NCBI RefSeq assembly: GCF_009914755.1
Contig: NC_060929.1
Length of the DNA stretch: 64,000 nucleotides
Source of the DNA: the human T2T-CHM13v2.0 reference genome, Homo sapiens
Reading direction: 5' to 3' (one strand)
In this document: in pieces, positions 12,641 to 26,854 of the stretch
Layout of the letters: every line of letters starts with the position of its first letter
How positions within the stretch are numbered: position 1 is the first letter of the stretch
The notes under the pieces: model-generated
The model's input: only the letters and a program-made list of their open reading frames with translations
Database searches by the model: none
Told to the model about the DNA's origin: nothing
Translations under genes and position numbers: made by a program

Positions 12641-13476
12641 TTTAAAAACTGTTTTACTATATTTTATTGATATAAATACAACAAACCTCCTAAGTGTGTT
12701 CCTGCTTCAAGGAACTTAAGGACGTCCTCCTCCTTTATTTGCAAGACATGAAGGGCTCCAGACATTGTGAAGGTTTCACTTTAAGTTAGGACTGACAGGA
12801 ATACAGAACAATGCCATATGGACCCCTCTGTGGGTAGTATGGAAAAGCTGCTCATTTTTATATACCATCTAAAGTTCAATAAGTAAAGTTGTGATAGATT
12901 CTTTGGAAAACTAGGAACATCTGTGTATACAGGAGAATTTAGAATTCCACATGCATAACCAGGGCAAGATATATGCTCAGAAAAAACTGAGAAGGTCCTA
13001 ATATTTTGCCTTGGGAACTAGACTAAGTTGGAAACCTGGCAAAGATTTGAAGTACCCCAGCATAGAGCCAATTTGCAATGATTGATAGAGAAGTTTGTTT
13101 TGGTTTGCTTTTTTTTTTTCTGTTCTATAGTTGTTGTTTTGTTTATTTACTTATTTTTAGTTCATAACAATCAAGAAAATCTCTGTCAAAGTATTGACTA
13201 AACACAAGGTAAAAGATCAGAGATTTCAGGGACCACATATGACAAAGAATACAATTTTTACAATCATTTGGAAAAGTCACTAAACATATGGACTATTAAA
13301 CCTTCAACAATAAAAAAGCTGCAAATCCTGAGTAAGAGGGAGAATCTGACTTCCAGTTGCCACATTAAAGCATTCGAAAGTCTACTTTTTAAAAACAATA
13401 ACAAAATCACAAGACATGCAAATAAACAGAAAAAAACCTGCCTATTGAAAGGAAAAAATATTAAATTGACAAAATA

Positions 13477-13948
13477 TGCAATGAGCTAAATGTTTGTTTC
13501 TCCATCAAGTGTATATGTTGAAATCCTAACCTCCAATGTGATGGAGCTAAATGGTGGCGCATTTGCAAGATTATTAAGTCGCAAGGGTGGAGCCATCATG
13601 AGTGGGATTACAAGTTTTACAAGAAGAAGCGTAAGAGCTTGATCTCTCTCTTTCTCTCTCTCACTCATTCTCTCTGCTCTTCACAATTTTAGCCCTATAA
13701 AAAAATGCTGAAGGAACTTCTTTAGGTTAAAATTAAAGGATACAATTAGAAAACTGCCATCTGCAAACCAGGAAACACACCCTCACCAGACACTGGATCC
13801 ACCAGGAAACACACCCTCACAAGACACTGGATCCACCAGGCCCTTACCCTCAGACTTCCCAGCCTCCAGAACTGTGATATATAAATTTCTGTTGTTTAAG
13901 ATGTCCATTCTATGGTTTTCTCTTACAGCATTTGAAACTGATTGAGAA
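13477..13948 (+). mobile_element. MaLR solo LTR (MLT1A/MSTD-like)
   Basis: tg...tatgttgaaatcctaacctccaatgtgatgg start; gacttcccagcctccagaactgtga...ataaatttctgttgtttaag 3' motif. Confidence 0.8.
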
Positions 13949-16900
13949 AGCCCAATCATGAGATGGACTGGACAAATCTTTAAACAACTCTTCTAAATAT
14001 GCTAAACAGCTAAGAGAGGAGACAGAAAGAAATAAAAAACTAAAGAAATTAACAAAACAATGTCTAAACAAAAAGACAATAATATTAAAATGATGAATAG
14101 CTACAAAGAAACCAAACAAAACCTCTCAAGATAAAATGAATAACCAAAGTGAATGTTTTGCTATATGGGCTCAACAGCAGATTTGAGGAGGTAGAAGAAA
14201 GAATCAGTGAACTTGAAGATAGGACAGTTAAAATTATTGACTCTGAGGAGCAGAAAGAAAAAGTAATAATAAAGAATACTTAACAGAGCCTAAGTGACCT
14301 GATGAAAGCTATCAATTCAAGAACATACAAATTATGAAAGTCTCAGAACTAGAAGAAATAGAAAATAGGGGCAGAGAGAATATTTAAGGTAATAGAAACA
14401 AAAATACTACCATTTTTATCAAGTACATGTGTATGCAAATCCAAGAAGATGAACAAAATCCAAGTATAATAAAAATTAACCAGACCCACATTAAGACACA
14501 GCATAGTCAAATTGTTAAAAGCCAAAGAAAATATAATCTTGAATGAAGTGAGAGAGAAATGATGCATCATCATATATAAGGATCCTCAACAAGATTAGGA
14601 GCTAATTTCTCAAGTGAAACCTGAAGGCCAAAGGCATGGGTATTATATATTTATAATGCTGAATGAAAAAAAAATGAATGCCAACCAAGAATTCTATACC
14701 TGACAAAACTATTCTTGAGAAATAAAGTAAAATTAAGACATTTTCAGATAACCAAATCTGAGAAAGTTGATTACTACTAGACATTCCTTACAAAAAATGC
14801 AAAAAGGAATTATTTAGGTTGAAATGAAAGGAAACTGGATGTAATTCACAGCAATACAAAGATATAAATATCACCAATAGAGGTAAATATATGGACAATA
14901 TAGAAGCTAATATTTTTGTAATTTTGTTTTGTAACTCTAAATTTGTTTTTGTTTATGAATATTAATCAATGAATGTGTCAATGAAGATTGCAAAAAATTA
15001 GAAAATACTTAGAGATGAGTTAAAATAAAACACAACATGTAAAACCTTAATAGATGTAACAAATGTAGTGCTCAGTGGGAAAATTATAGCTGCAAATACC
15101 TATATTTAAAAAAAAGACCTCAAATTAGTAACCCAAATGTACATCTTGAGGAATTAGAAAAAGGAATTTACATCTTAAGGAACTAGGGAAAATATTAACA
15201 AAGTAGGAACTAGAAATGAAAACTAAAGCCAAAGCTTTCAGAAACAAGACAATGATAATGGCTAAAGTGGAGACATAAAACAGAGAATAGAAAAACAATA
15301 CAATCAAGGTACCCAAGAGTTGGGTGTTTGAGAAGATCAACCAAATTGGCAAACTTTTTGCTAGTTTGACCAGGAAAAAAAGTAGTGCAAGTAATTAAAA
15401 ACCAAAATAAAAATAGAGACATAACTACTAGCTTTATAGAAAGAGGAAAGAATGTTAAGAGAATGCTAAGAACAATTGTACAGCAACAAATAGTTAACCT
15501 AGATGAAATTTACAAAATCCTAAAAATATACACATTTTCCAAACTGACTCAAAAGGAAATAAAAAATTTCATCAGACCTATAACAATTAAAGATATTCAA
15601 TAAGTAATCTAAAATCTCCTAAAAAAGAAAAGTCCAGAACCAGATGTCTTCAGTAGTTAATCATGACAAATATCGAAAAAAGAAAAAAAAACTTATCAAA
15701 CTGTTACCAAAAATACTTGATAATAAAGAGATATTTTAAAATTCAGTTCATGAGGCTAACAATGCCAAAATCAGATAAAAACATCACGAGAAAAGGAAAA
15801 CATGGAACAATATCCCTTGTAAATACATATGCAAAAATCCTTAGGAAAACATTAGCAAACCAAATCAAACAACATATAAGAACTATACACTATGACCAAG
15901 CAGGATTTATCTAAGGAATTCAAGGGTGGTTCAACATAGAAAAATCCGTCTACGTAATATCTTACATTAGTAGAAAAAAAAGAAAAAAATGATTATCTCA
16001 GTTGTTTCAGAAAAAACACATGGCAAAATTCAGCACTCTTTCATGATAAAAACAGAAAAGTAGGAATACAAAGGAACTTCCTAAACAATAACAAAGAACA
16101 TTTATAAGATCTCACACTAATAACCATCTATGCCATTGTAAAGACTGAAAGCTTTCCCTCTAAGATAATGAGCAAGCAAACATGCTTTTTTCCATTGCTG
16201 TTATTTGACAGTTTACTGGAAATTGTAGCCAGAGAAATTAAACAAGCAAAAGCAATAAAAAGCATTGAAATTGGAAAGGAAAAAATAAGATTGTCTGTAG
16301 TCAGAGATAACTTGATCTTACATAATAAAAAAAGAACTCCACAGAATTCAGAAAGCATTTGAGCTAAAAATTAAAAATTAAAAAAATATAACACAAGATC
16401 AGCACACAAAATCTAGTTGTGGTTCCTAAAACAGCAATGAGCAATTCAAAAAAAATCAAATCAATTTACAGATTCAACACACTCTTTATCAAAATTTCAA
16501 AAGCCTTTATTTGCAGAAACAGGAAAGCCAACTCTCAAATGCATGCAGAATTGCAAGGGTCCCCTCAAGGCCATGACAATTTTGAAAAACAGAACAAAGT
16601 TCAAGGACACACACTTTCTATTGTGGAAAGTTACTACAAAGCTACCATAATCAAAACAGTTTGATACTTGCAGAAGAATAAACATATGGGCCAATGGAAT
16701 GTAATTAAGAGTTTAAACCACATCCTTATGACAAACTGATTTTTGACGAGGGTGCTAAGTCCATCAATGGTGAAAAAATAGTTTATCAGAATGGATGGTG
16801 CTGAAACAACTGAATTTCTACATACAAAAGAACACGATTAGACCACTTGATTAAAAATGTATCAGTGACCTAAATGTAAGAGCTAAAATTATAAAATACC

Positions 16901-18994
16901 TCAGACAAAACATGAATAAGCCTTTATGTTCATGGTTTTGGCAACAGATACTCATATATGACACTAAAAGCAATAAAAAATAAAAACAAAGGAAAAATCG
17001 ACAAGTTGGACTTTGCCAAAACTAAAATCTTTTGTGCCACAAAGGACATTGTCAAGAAAAAAAAAAACCTACAGAATATGAAAAAATATTTGCAAATCAT
17101 GTATCTGAGAAAGCTTTTACTTAGAATATATAAAGAACTCCTACACTCAAGAACAAAAATAAACAATACAATTTAAAAATGGGCAAATGTAAATTGATAA
17201 AAATTTCTTCAATGAAGATATAAAAGTGGGCTATACATACATGAAAAGATTTTCAAATATTCACTAATCAAAAGAGAAATAGAAATGCACATGAACATTA
17301 GTAATCACTAGGGAAATGCAAATTAAAACCAGGAGATGTCACTTCATGCCCATTAGAATGTCCATTATTAAAAAGCAAATAAAAAATATGTGTTAGTGCA
17401 GATGTAAGAAATTGAAACCCTTTTATATTGCTGGTGGGAATGTAAAATAAAGCAGCCACTGTGGGAAACAGTTTGTCATTCCCTCAGAAATTTAAACATG
17501 TAATTACCATACAACCCAGCAATTCCACTTTTAGATATATGCCTAAAATAATTGAAAACAGAGACTCAAACAGGTATTTCCATGCCAATGTTAATTGCAG
17601 CAGTATTAACAGTAACTAAAAGAAGCAAACAACTCACTTTCCACTAACAGATAAACAAAATGTGGTATATTCATACAATGGGATATTTATTCAGCCATAA
17701 TAAAAAATAAAATTTGTATACATGCTACAACAATGATTTATCCTTGAAAGCATTGCAGTAAGTGAAATCACACAGACACAAAAGAGCAAATATTGTATAT
17801 TCCAATCTATCTGAAATATCTAAAATAGGTAAATGTATAAAGAGAGAAAGTAGTTTAGAAGTTATCAGGAGTTGGGGAAAGGGGAATTGGAAATATGTGC
17901 TTACTTCTTTAAAGAGTGTCTGTTTGGAGTGTTAAAAAGGTTTTGAAAATAGATTGTTGGACATGGTTGGACAATATTGGAATTACACTGTGAATGTAAT
18001 TAATGCCACTTAATAATACACTTAAAATAATTAAAATGGCAGAATTTATATGTATTTTACCATGATAAAGAAAGAAAAAGCAGTTCATATGATTTCGATA
18101 GAAATTCCTAAGACTCTCATTAAACATTTTATGAAGTGCTATTTTGCCCTGTGATGCCTCCAGTTAGTATTTGCATTGCTGTTGAATTCGTGAGTGATAT
18201 GTATTTTCATGTTTTTAAATATCCCTCTACTTGAATATAAGATTTGGAAACACAACCATGTCTCATATTTGCTAGCACATTTCTGAACACTTTTTGATCA
18301 ACATTCAAAAAATAATTTAAAATTTGAGAATATGTTTAAATCTCAAAATGGAAAAATATTAAGTCATTGTATACAACCAATTGCTCATAATCTTTCTTTA
18401 GATAATAGAAATTATATATGTAGAGTATATTATATGATGATATATAAGTATGTGTACATTATATCATAATTATATGCATATGTAATAATTATTAATTTAC
18501 TCAACACTTGTGATACTACACTAGTTTATAAAGCTGACTATCTTTGTGACGCCACCCTGTATTTTCTAGAATTTTTTAAAGAATGGGCAAGAAATATCCA
18601 GCTCATTATTTTCTTTTGCAGAGTATATTCACATACCATTAGAAATAAAACACTCATGATTTGTAATACATATTTTAAAGACAAATTCTAACAAGAAATA
18701 GTAAATGTTTTCATGTTGAAAAACATTGAAATCAAGTAGAAATAATTGTTTCTTTTTGAATACAGAAGGAAAGAGAACAGAAAATAATTACTTTTGCTCA
18801 TCTACATCACTTCACAAAAATGAAACATTTGTTTTCATCTATCCAATCTCTAGTGGTAGTTGAAGGCTCAAGCTCAGTGTTATTTGAGGACATCTGTGTT
18901 ACTTCATTCCACATTGAATTCACTTCCTTTTTAAAGAGTTAGTCTCTAACTTGGCAGTTAATTTATACAGACTTATTATATATTACAAATATAA

Positions 18995-19230
18995 TAATGA
19001 CAAATAGTTACAGGGCATCTTCTATGCATCATTGGCTGTTCCAAGTGTTTTAAATATATAAATTCATGAAATCTCCAAGCAAGTTTATGAGATAGGTAAA
19101 ATTATTAGTTGCATTTTGCAGATAAAGATATTAGTTTTGGAAAAACTAAGAGTCTTGCTCAAGGTCATATAGCTAAAAAGTGTCAGGCTCAGATAAGAAT
19201 ATATCTTTTAAACATCTTAATTACTATAGG
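18995..19230 (-). mobile_element. MIR SINE
   Basis: Reverse-complement MIR core: cattttgcagataaaga...cttgctcaaggtcatatagcta. Confidence 0.7.
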
Positions 19231-19248
19231 TCTTTCAAAACAAATATA

Positions 19249-19295
19249 CTATGCTATGCCATGCCATTCAATGCCATGCCATGCTATGTTATGCT
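19249..19295. repeat. (ATGCC/ATGCT)n pentanucleotide repeat
   Basis: Direct read. Confidence 0.85.
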
Positions 19296-19310
19296 TACCC
19301 CATTAGTATC

Positions 19311-19766
19311 TGTTGTGGGTTGAACTGTGTCCTTCTAAAAGATATGTTGAAGTCCTAACGCCTCATATTTGTAATGTGACTCTATTGGGAAACAAGGTCT
19401 TTGCAGATGTAACCAAGCTAAAATAAAGTGATATTAGATTAAGGTGGGTCCTAATCCAGTAGGACTCATGCCCTTATAAGAAGAGTGGAATATATGCAGG
19501 CTCACAGACGGAAGAATGACGTGTGAAGATGGAGTCTGAGATTGAATTTAGGAATCTACAAGTCCAAGAATGCTAAGAATTACTGGCAACCAGCAGAGCT
19601 AAGAAGTTGCAAGAAATGATTCTTACCTAAGAACTTAGAGGGATCATAGGCCTACAGATACCTTAATTTTATACTTCTGACCTACAGAACTCTGAGAGAA
19701 TACGTGTTTTTAAACCACATAATTTGTGGTAGTACTTGGTTATGGCTGTTCTAGGAAACTAACAAA
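19311..19766 (+). mobile_element. MaLR solo LTR (MLT1C/D-like)
   Basis: tgttgtgggttgaactgtgtcc...gtctttgcagatgtaa...gtgggtcctaatccag...ctaggaaactaa. Confidence 0.8.
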
Positions 19767-21137
19767 ATGTCTCAGAGTGTTTTATCAATTTAGGATTTAA
19801 AATTGCTTCCGTTCACAAATTTTTAACGTTTAATTTTGTACATTAGTAGCATTACTTCAAAATTAACAGGAAACTTAATGTTAAAGCAAGCAAACAAACA
19901 AACAAGGAAGCAGTCCTGAGGGGCTTTCTGGTGAGGCCCCTGGTGCCACCTTCTAGGTCTTAGAGTTTTTTGATGCACAGTTGTGAAAAATAACAAACCC
20001 AATTTAAAGTTATTATTTAATTTGTGTGAAAACTGAAGCTTAAAGAACTTTATTCTCTTATATAAGGTCATCCAGATAGATGGTGGCAGACCTCTCACTT
20101 TGGTATGTATTGTTCTTTTATTTCTTTATTAATTTTCTACACTATGCTGGGCTTCAATTTAAAGACTGACTTCTAAAAATAGCTCTTATTGATTTTCTCA
20201 TCATAAAAATATTATATTTTATCTCAAGAAAATTTATTAAATAAAAACAGTAAAATGAAGAAATGAAAAGTCTAATTAACACTCCATAAAAGAACTGTAA
20301 ATATTTGGTGGATTTACATGTAAACACTTAACTCTGAAATTAGATCCTGGAATCTCTATTGCCTAGTCAGAAAGCAATCTTACAGTCAAAGAAACATCAA
20401 TCCATCAGCCAAAAGATATTTACACAGAAATAACATTTTATTACTCTTTTTCTTGTAATTCACAGCACTTTGAAAACCCTCTTCCTCTAGTTCTTCTCAT
20501 TCCACAATTTACTTGAAATTCTGTAGCCACCATTCCCATCCTTTACTCTTAACAATACACAGATTTCCTTTCTTCAGGAAACTCACCCTTTTTCTCCAAC
20601 TTGTCCTTTCATCTCTCTTCCATTCTCCAGATTCTTTTTTTTGCAAAGTTCAGGAAACTTTCTCACAGAAAATCTACACAAAATGTAGCAATAACCTAAG
20701 CAGATATATTTTACCTGGTCCTGCCCTTGGTACACATACACATGTACTAGTTTGCATCATACTTTAGTCAGAAACACTGTCATCACTAGGAGTTCTCTTA
20801 AAATATTTGTTTTATTTATCCTTTTAAACTACTTTTTTCTCATTATAAGTCAAGAAATATCATTGATTATTGTACCTTAATTTTTACAAAGGATTAAGCA
20901 GATGCATTTATGGTAGGTATATATTTTTAAACATATCTAGGCTATTTTAATGTCATATATGCTATTGTTAAAATTCTAAACCATAGAAGAGTGAATAAAT
21001 GAGACTTCTGTCTTCATCTCTAGATGTTGAGAAGTTGAAGGTACTTTATTCCCATATTTACAATAAAATAAAATGCAACAAACTGTAAATTCATGACCAG
21101 TTTTGAACCCATTATAAAGCTAAGTTGACAGAGCAAC

Positions 21138-21976
21138 TGTGATATTGTGAAATACATATATTTAGTCTTCAGTCCCCATTTTTTGACATTTAACTCATAA
21201 AATCCTTGGACTATCCAGTGTTATAAAATTTTCTATGCTACTGACTTGACTAGTGGCTGACAACCTCTAGGTAGCCACAGGATTGGGCTGGTCACTAGAA
21301 AGACTAAGGCAGGATTAGACGGCTGAGACTTTCAGTACCACTCCTAAACCTTCAGTGGGGAGAGAGGGGCTAAAAGCTCAGTTGAGCACCAACAGCAAAT
21401 GGTTTAATCAATCATGCCTATGTAATAAAGCCTCCATAAAACCCCTCAAAAAACAGGATTCAGAATGCTTCTGGATAGCTGAACATGTAGAAGTTTTTGA
21501 AGAGTGGCATGCATGAGGAGCGTATGAAGGCTCCATGCCTCTTCACGCATGCATTGCTGTATGCATCTTTTCATTTGTATCCTTTGTATTATTCTTTATA
21601 ATAAACTGATAAACTTGAGTTACATTTTCCTGAGTTCTGTGAGCCACTCCAGCAAATTAACTGAACCCAGAGAGGTGCTGTGAAAGCCCCAATTTATAGT
21701 GGGTCAATCATAAACACAGGTAAAAAAAACCTGGGGCTTATGGTTGGCATCAGAAGTGGAAGGCAATTTTGTGGGACTGAGCCCTCAACCTGTAGGATCT
21801 GATGATATCTCCAGGGAGACAGTGCCAGACTTGAATTAGAACACATCCAGTTGCAGAATTTATTGCTTTCTTGGCATGTGGGGGAAAAATACCTACACAT
21901 TTAGTCACAGAAGTCTTCTATGTTGACTGTGGAGTGAAAGTTTAGGAAAAACAGTTTGCATGTTTTTCATTCAGAT
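21138..21976 (+). mobile_element. MER21-family solo LTR
   Basis: tgtgatattgtgaaata start; ggctggtcactagaaagactaaggcaggattaga; aatcaatcatgcctatgtaat; gggactgagccctcaacctgt. Flanking caac repeat. Confidence 0.8.
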
Positions 21977-23789
21977 CAACCCACTGCCCCAAAATTTCAT
22001 TAGAGACAGCAACCTACAGAGAGAGCAGAGAAACCTGGAGGGAGAGAGAAGTGAGCGCTGGTTTACTTATTGAAGACATAAATGGGCACTTGCAACAGGA
22101 GCTCAGCATATATAATGCAAATTTTTGAAGGCTGTATTTGAGTTGGTGGGATATTGTAATGCCCTGGGTGTCATAGATATTGAGGTATTTTACACTCTGT
22201 GGAAAGCGTTTATCAACAATCTCACTGAGTATTCACAACAACTATCCAAATGAGTCCTAAGAAAGTTTCCATTGTAGATCAAATGTAGAGGAGGGCAGTA
22301 GCAGTTCTGTTAGAGAAGAAAGACTCCCACTTGAGCCCTTCTCCTCTAAATCCACTATAGAACAAAAGCCTTAATTTATGCAGAGGTGGGCAACATACAC
22401 CACTGCCTTTAGAATACTGGAGAAAATTTATTGCATCTAGAATAAAACATGGGAAAAATATCTACTCCTGAATCAGGTGAAGATCTATGAACTGGATTCT
22501 GAACTAAGCCAATGGAGGTGAAAAGAAATAAGTAGGAGCCATTCCCCAAACCTAGGATACTGTGACTGCCTAAGACTTAAAGCTTGATCAAACCATTTAA
22601 GAATGCTTCTCAAGTACTGGGAGCCAAGCCGCCCAGCTTTGAAACACAAGTAATGATTGAGAACTGCAGAGAGCAGTATAAGAAAAGAATAAGAACATGC
22701 AAAAAATAACACTCTCTGAGGCACAATGTAAAAGGAAGGCCAATACTCAGGGTCAAACCAATCTATACACTAAACACATGGTATTGCTACAGGAATGTGC
22801 ATCCTATTATGCATAGATAATAACTATAACAACAATATACTTCTTCTCAGCTCATCACCTGAATTAATTAATTAGTTAGCTTGAACTCCTGCACTGAAGG
22901 CATTCAAGAGAAAAGGTATAATCATTTTCAGCATTGAAAAACTGTTTACTTCAGTGTGTATTGTCCTAAACAGATTGCAGGTGGCTTTCAACAAAACCTA
23001 TAAGACAAATAAAATTATCTGAGATAGCACACTGCTAAGAGACCAAGTAATAATCAAAACCATATTTTAAATGACACAGATATTAGAATTTATGCTAGGG
23101 CATTTAAAATAGTTATAATTGATATGTTAAAACATCCCATGGAAAAGGTGTACAATATGCAGGATCATATTGGGAATTTCAGTAGAAAAATTTATACCAA
23201 TAAAAAAATAAATTATTGAAAGAACACAAGTACAGGACACAAATCAAACAAAAGAAAAAAAATTCAAATGGAAATACTAGAAATTAAAAACATACTAACA
23301 GAGACATAAAGACTGTCGTTGTATGCTTGGCACACCTGAGGGAAAAATCAACTCAAATCAGAAAATCAGACAATAGAAATTATACCAATTGAAAAACAAA
23401 AAGAAAAATATAAAACACTCAAGAGTTGTCTGGAAATACCATATGGTCTAACTTATGTGTAATTAGAATTCTAGAGGAAAATAAAAGAGAATAGGGCAAG
23501 AGAAATTGTTTAAAAAAGAATGGCTGAGAATATTTCAGAATTAATGACAACCATCAAACTATAAAAACACAAATCTCAGAACCAAACAATTGGTGTTTTT
23601 TAAAGAGAAGTATGTACATTATGTTCAAACTGGTGAAAACATTAGACAAAGAATAATAAAGCAAACATGGCAAAAAAGCAAATTAAATACAGATAAACAA
23701 ATATATAAATTATGGTCTGATACCATACAAGCCGGAATATAATCAATCCAATGAAATAGGAAAAGAAACTACTTATGGGAGAAACTGAA

Positions 23790-26079
23790 TGATATGGTTT
23801 GGCTCTGTATCTCCACCCAAATCTCACCTTGAATTGTACTCCCATAATTCCCACGTGTTGTGGGAGGGACCCAGTGGGAGACAATTTGAATCATGTGGGC
23901 GGTGTCTCACATACTGTTTTCAGGGTAGCTAATATGTCTCATGAGATCTGATGGTTTTATCAGGAGTTTCCACTTTTGCATCTTTCTCATTTTTTCTCTT
24001 GCTGCCACCATGTAAGAAGTGCCTTTGCCTCCTGTCATGGTGCTGAGGACTCCCCAGACATGTGGAACTGTAAGTACAATTAGACCTCTTTTTATTCCCA
24101 GTCTCAAGTAAGTCTTTATCAGCAGCATGTAAATGGACTAATACAGTAAATTGGTAATAGGAGTGGGGTGTTGCTGAAGAGATACTCAAAAATGTGGAAG
24201 CGACTTTGGAACTGGGTAACAGGCAGAGGTTGGAACAGTTTGGAGGGCACAGAAAAAGACAGGAAAATGTGGGAAGGTTTAGAACATTCTAGAGATTTGT
24301 TGAATGGCTTTGACAAAAATGCTGATAGTGATTTGGACAAGAAGGTCCAGGCTGAGATGGTCTCAGATGGAGATGAGGAATTTTTGGGAACTGGAGCAAA
24401 GGTGACACTTGTTATGTTTTAGCAAAGAGACTGGCGACATTTTTTCCCTGCCCTAGAAAGTTTTGAAACTTTGAACTAGAGAGAGATGATTTAGTCTATA
24501 TGGCAGAAGAAATTTCTAAGCAGTAAAGCATTCAAGAGATGACTTGGGTGCTTTTAAAAGCATTCTGTTTTAAAAGGGAAACAGCATAAAAGTTCAGAAA
24601 ATTTGCAGCCTGAAGATGCAGTATAAAAGAAAACCCCACTTTTTTGAGGAGAAATGCAAGCTGGCTTCAGAAATTTCCATAAGTAACAAGGAGCCAAACG
24701 TTAACCCCCAAGACAATGGGAAAAATATCTCCAACATGTCATAGATCTTCATGGCAGCCCCTCACATCACAGACCTGAAAGCCTAGGAGGAAAAAAAGAT
24801 CTCATGGGCCAGGCCCAGGGTCCTCATGCTGTGTGTAGCTTAGGTCTTGGTGTCCTTCATCCCAGCTGCTCCAGCCATTGCAAAAAGGGGCCAAGGTATA
24901 GCTAAGCCAATGGTTCCAGAGGGTGCAAGCCCAAACCTTGGCAACTTCTCTGTGGTGTTGATCCTGCAGGTGCATAGAAATCAAGAATTGAGGTTTAGGA
25001 ACTTCCACCTACATTTCAGAAGATGTATGGAAATACCTAGATGCCCAGGCACAAGTGTGCTGTAGGGGCAGAGCCCTTAAGGAGAACCTCTGCTAGGGCA
25101 GTGCAGAAGGGAAATGTGGGGTTGGAGCCCCCACACAGAGTCCCTACTGGGGCTCTGCCTAGTGGAGCTGTGAGAAGAGAGCCACCATCTTCCAGGCCTC
25201 AGAATGGTAGATCCACCGACAGCTTGAATCACGTGCATGAAAAATCCACAGACACTCAATGCTAGCCCGTGAAATCAGCCAGGAGGAGGGTTATACCCTG
25301 CAAAGACAAAGGGGCAGAGCTTCCCAAGACTATGGGAACCTACCTCTTGGATCAGAGTGTCAATGTGACCTGGATGTGAGACATGGAGTCAAAGGAGATT
25401 ATTTTGGAGAACTAAAATTTGACTGCCCCACTGAATTTCAGACTTTCATGAGGCCGTAGCCCCTCTGTTTTGGCCAATTTCTCCCATTTAGAAGACCTGT
25501 ATTCACCCAATACCTGTACCCCATTGTATCTAGGAAGTAACTAGCTTGTATTTGATTTTATAGGCCCACAGGTGGAAGGAACTTGCCTTTTCTTCAGTTG
25601 AGACTTTGGACTGTGGACTTTTGGGTTAATGCTGAAATGAGTTAAGACTTTGGGAGACTGTTGGGAAGGCACGATTGCTTTTGAAATATGAGAAGATGAG
25701 ATTTGGAGAGGCTAGGGTCAGAATGATATGGTTTGGCTCTGTGTCCCCACCCAAATCTCATCTTGAATTGTACTCCCATAATTCCCACATGTTGTGAGAG
25801 GGACCTGGTGGGAGATAATTTGAATCATTGTGGTGGTTTCCTCCATACGGTTCTCGTGCTACTGAATAAGTCTTGCAAGATTTGATGATTTTATCAGAGG
25901 TTTCCGCTTTTGTGTCTTTCTCATTTTTTCTTTTGCTGCCATCATGTAAGAAGTGACTTGCAACTTCCACTATAATTCTGAGGCCTCCCTAGCCATGTGG
26001 AACTGTAAGTACAATTAAATCTTTTTTCTTCCCAGTCTTGGGTATGTCTTTATCAGAGGCATGAAAATGAAATAATATA
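23790..26079 (+). mobile_element. Complete THE1 MaLR provirus (THE1A-like): LTR 23790-24145, internal 24146-25723, LTR 25724-26079
   Basis: Two homologous LTRs (tgatatggtttggct...taataca/taatata), typical internal region, and 5-bp TSD CTGAA at 23785-23789 and 26080-26084. Confidence 0.95.
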
Positions 26080-26107
26080 CTGAAGAAGTCCTAAATTAAT
26101 GAAGAGA

Positions 26108-26200
26108 TATATGTGCTTATGAATTGATATACGTGCTTATGAATTGATATACATGCTTATATATTGTAAAGATGTACGTGCTTATATATTGTAAAGATGT
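26108..26200. repeat. Short tandem array of ~20-25-bp units (tacgtgcttat core)
   Basis: Four copies of the ta(c/t)(g/a)tgcttat core, followed by gaattga or atattgtaaagatg. Confidence 0.85.
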
Positions 26201-26854
26201 CAGTTCTTCCCCAAATAATCCACTGATTAGATGGAATCTCAAACAAAACTCTCTCAGGCTTTTTGGTAGATATCAATAATACTATACTCAAATTTATATA
26301 GGAAATCTAAGGAACTGAAATAACCAAAATACTTGAAAAAGAGAAATTTCTAGGATCATAATGATACAAACAACTAAATATATAAGTAAATGGAGGACAG
26401 GGATATATCTCTTCACGACAGAATAAGTCTGAATAACAAATGTAAAATTAATGATAAAAATAGACGATTAGTATTAAAACCCCACATTAATAATTTTCAC
26501 AAGCAGTGTCCACTGGGATGATGCTAACGTTAGTGGGTAAAAATTTAAGCAGAAAGAGATATCTCATAGCTTCAAATGTCCCTCTCAAAATATTAAATGT
26601 TTACAAGGGGAAAAAAGTAACAATGGAGAATCATTGCAGACAGTACCTTAACCGATGATCAAGTTAACATCACCAGTAACACATATCTTCACCAAGAACT
26701 ACCCAATACAAGAGAGTAGGAAGGACATATCAGAGTTGTGGCATTGTTTCCAATAATATATAAGGTATATGTAATAATGGAGACACTTCAGAAGAAAACA
26801 AATTGGAGGACATTCTATAATGTAACTGACCAGAATTCTTCAAAAGTTTCTAGG

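Larger units (their letters stand above)
11840..18080 (+). mobile_element. Near full-length but degraded L1MB-type element
   Basis: 5' motif cagcaaaatggtagagtagg. ORF1-like 13950-14830. ORF2 remnants (IHYDQAGFI; FPLLLFDSLLEIVAREIKQ; IDKLDFAKTKIFCATK). L1MB 3' end (aatgccactt...cacttaaaataattaaaatgg...tattttaccatgataaa). Confidence 0.8.

Noticed and set aside
13767-13840. CRISPR-like direct repeats (also 26108-26200 and 29446-29530)
   Set aside because: Adjacent tandem copies with no spacers, no cas genes, and a mammalian context.
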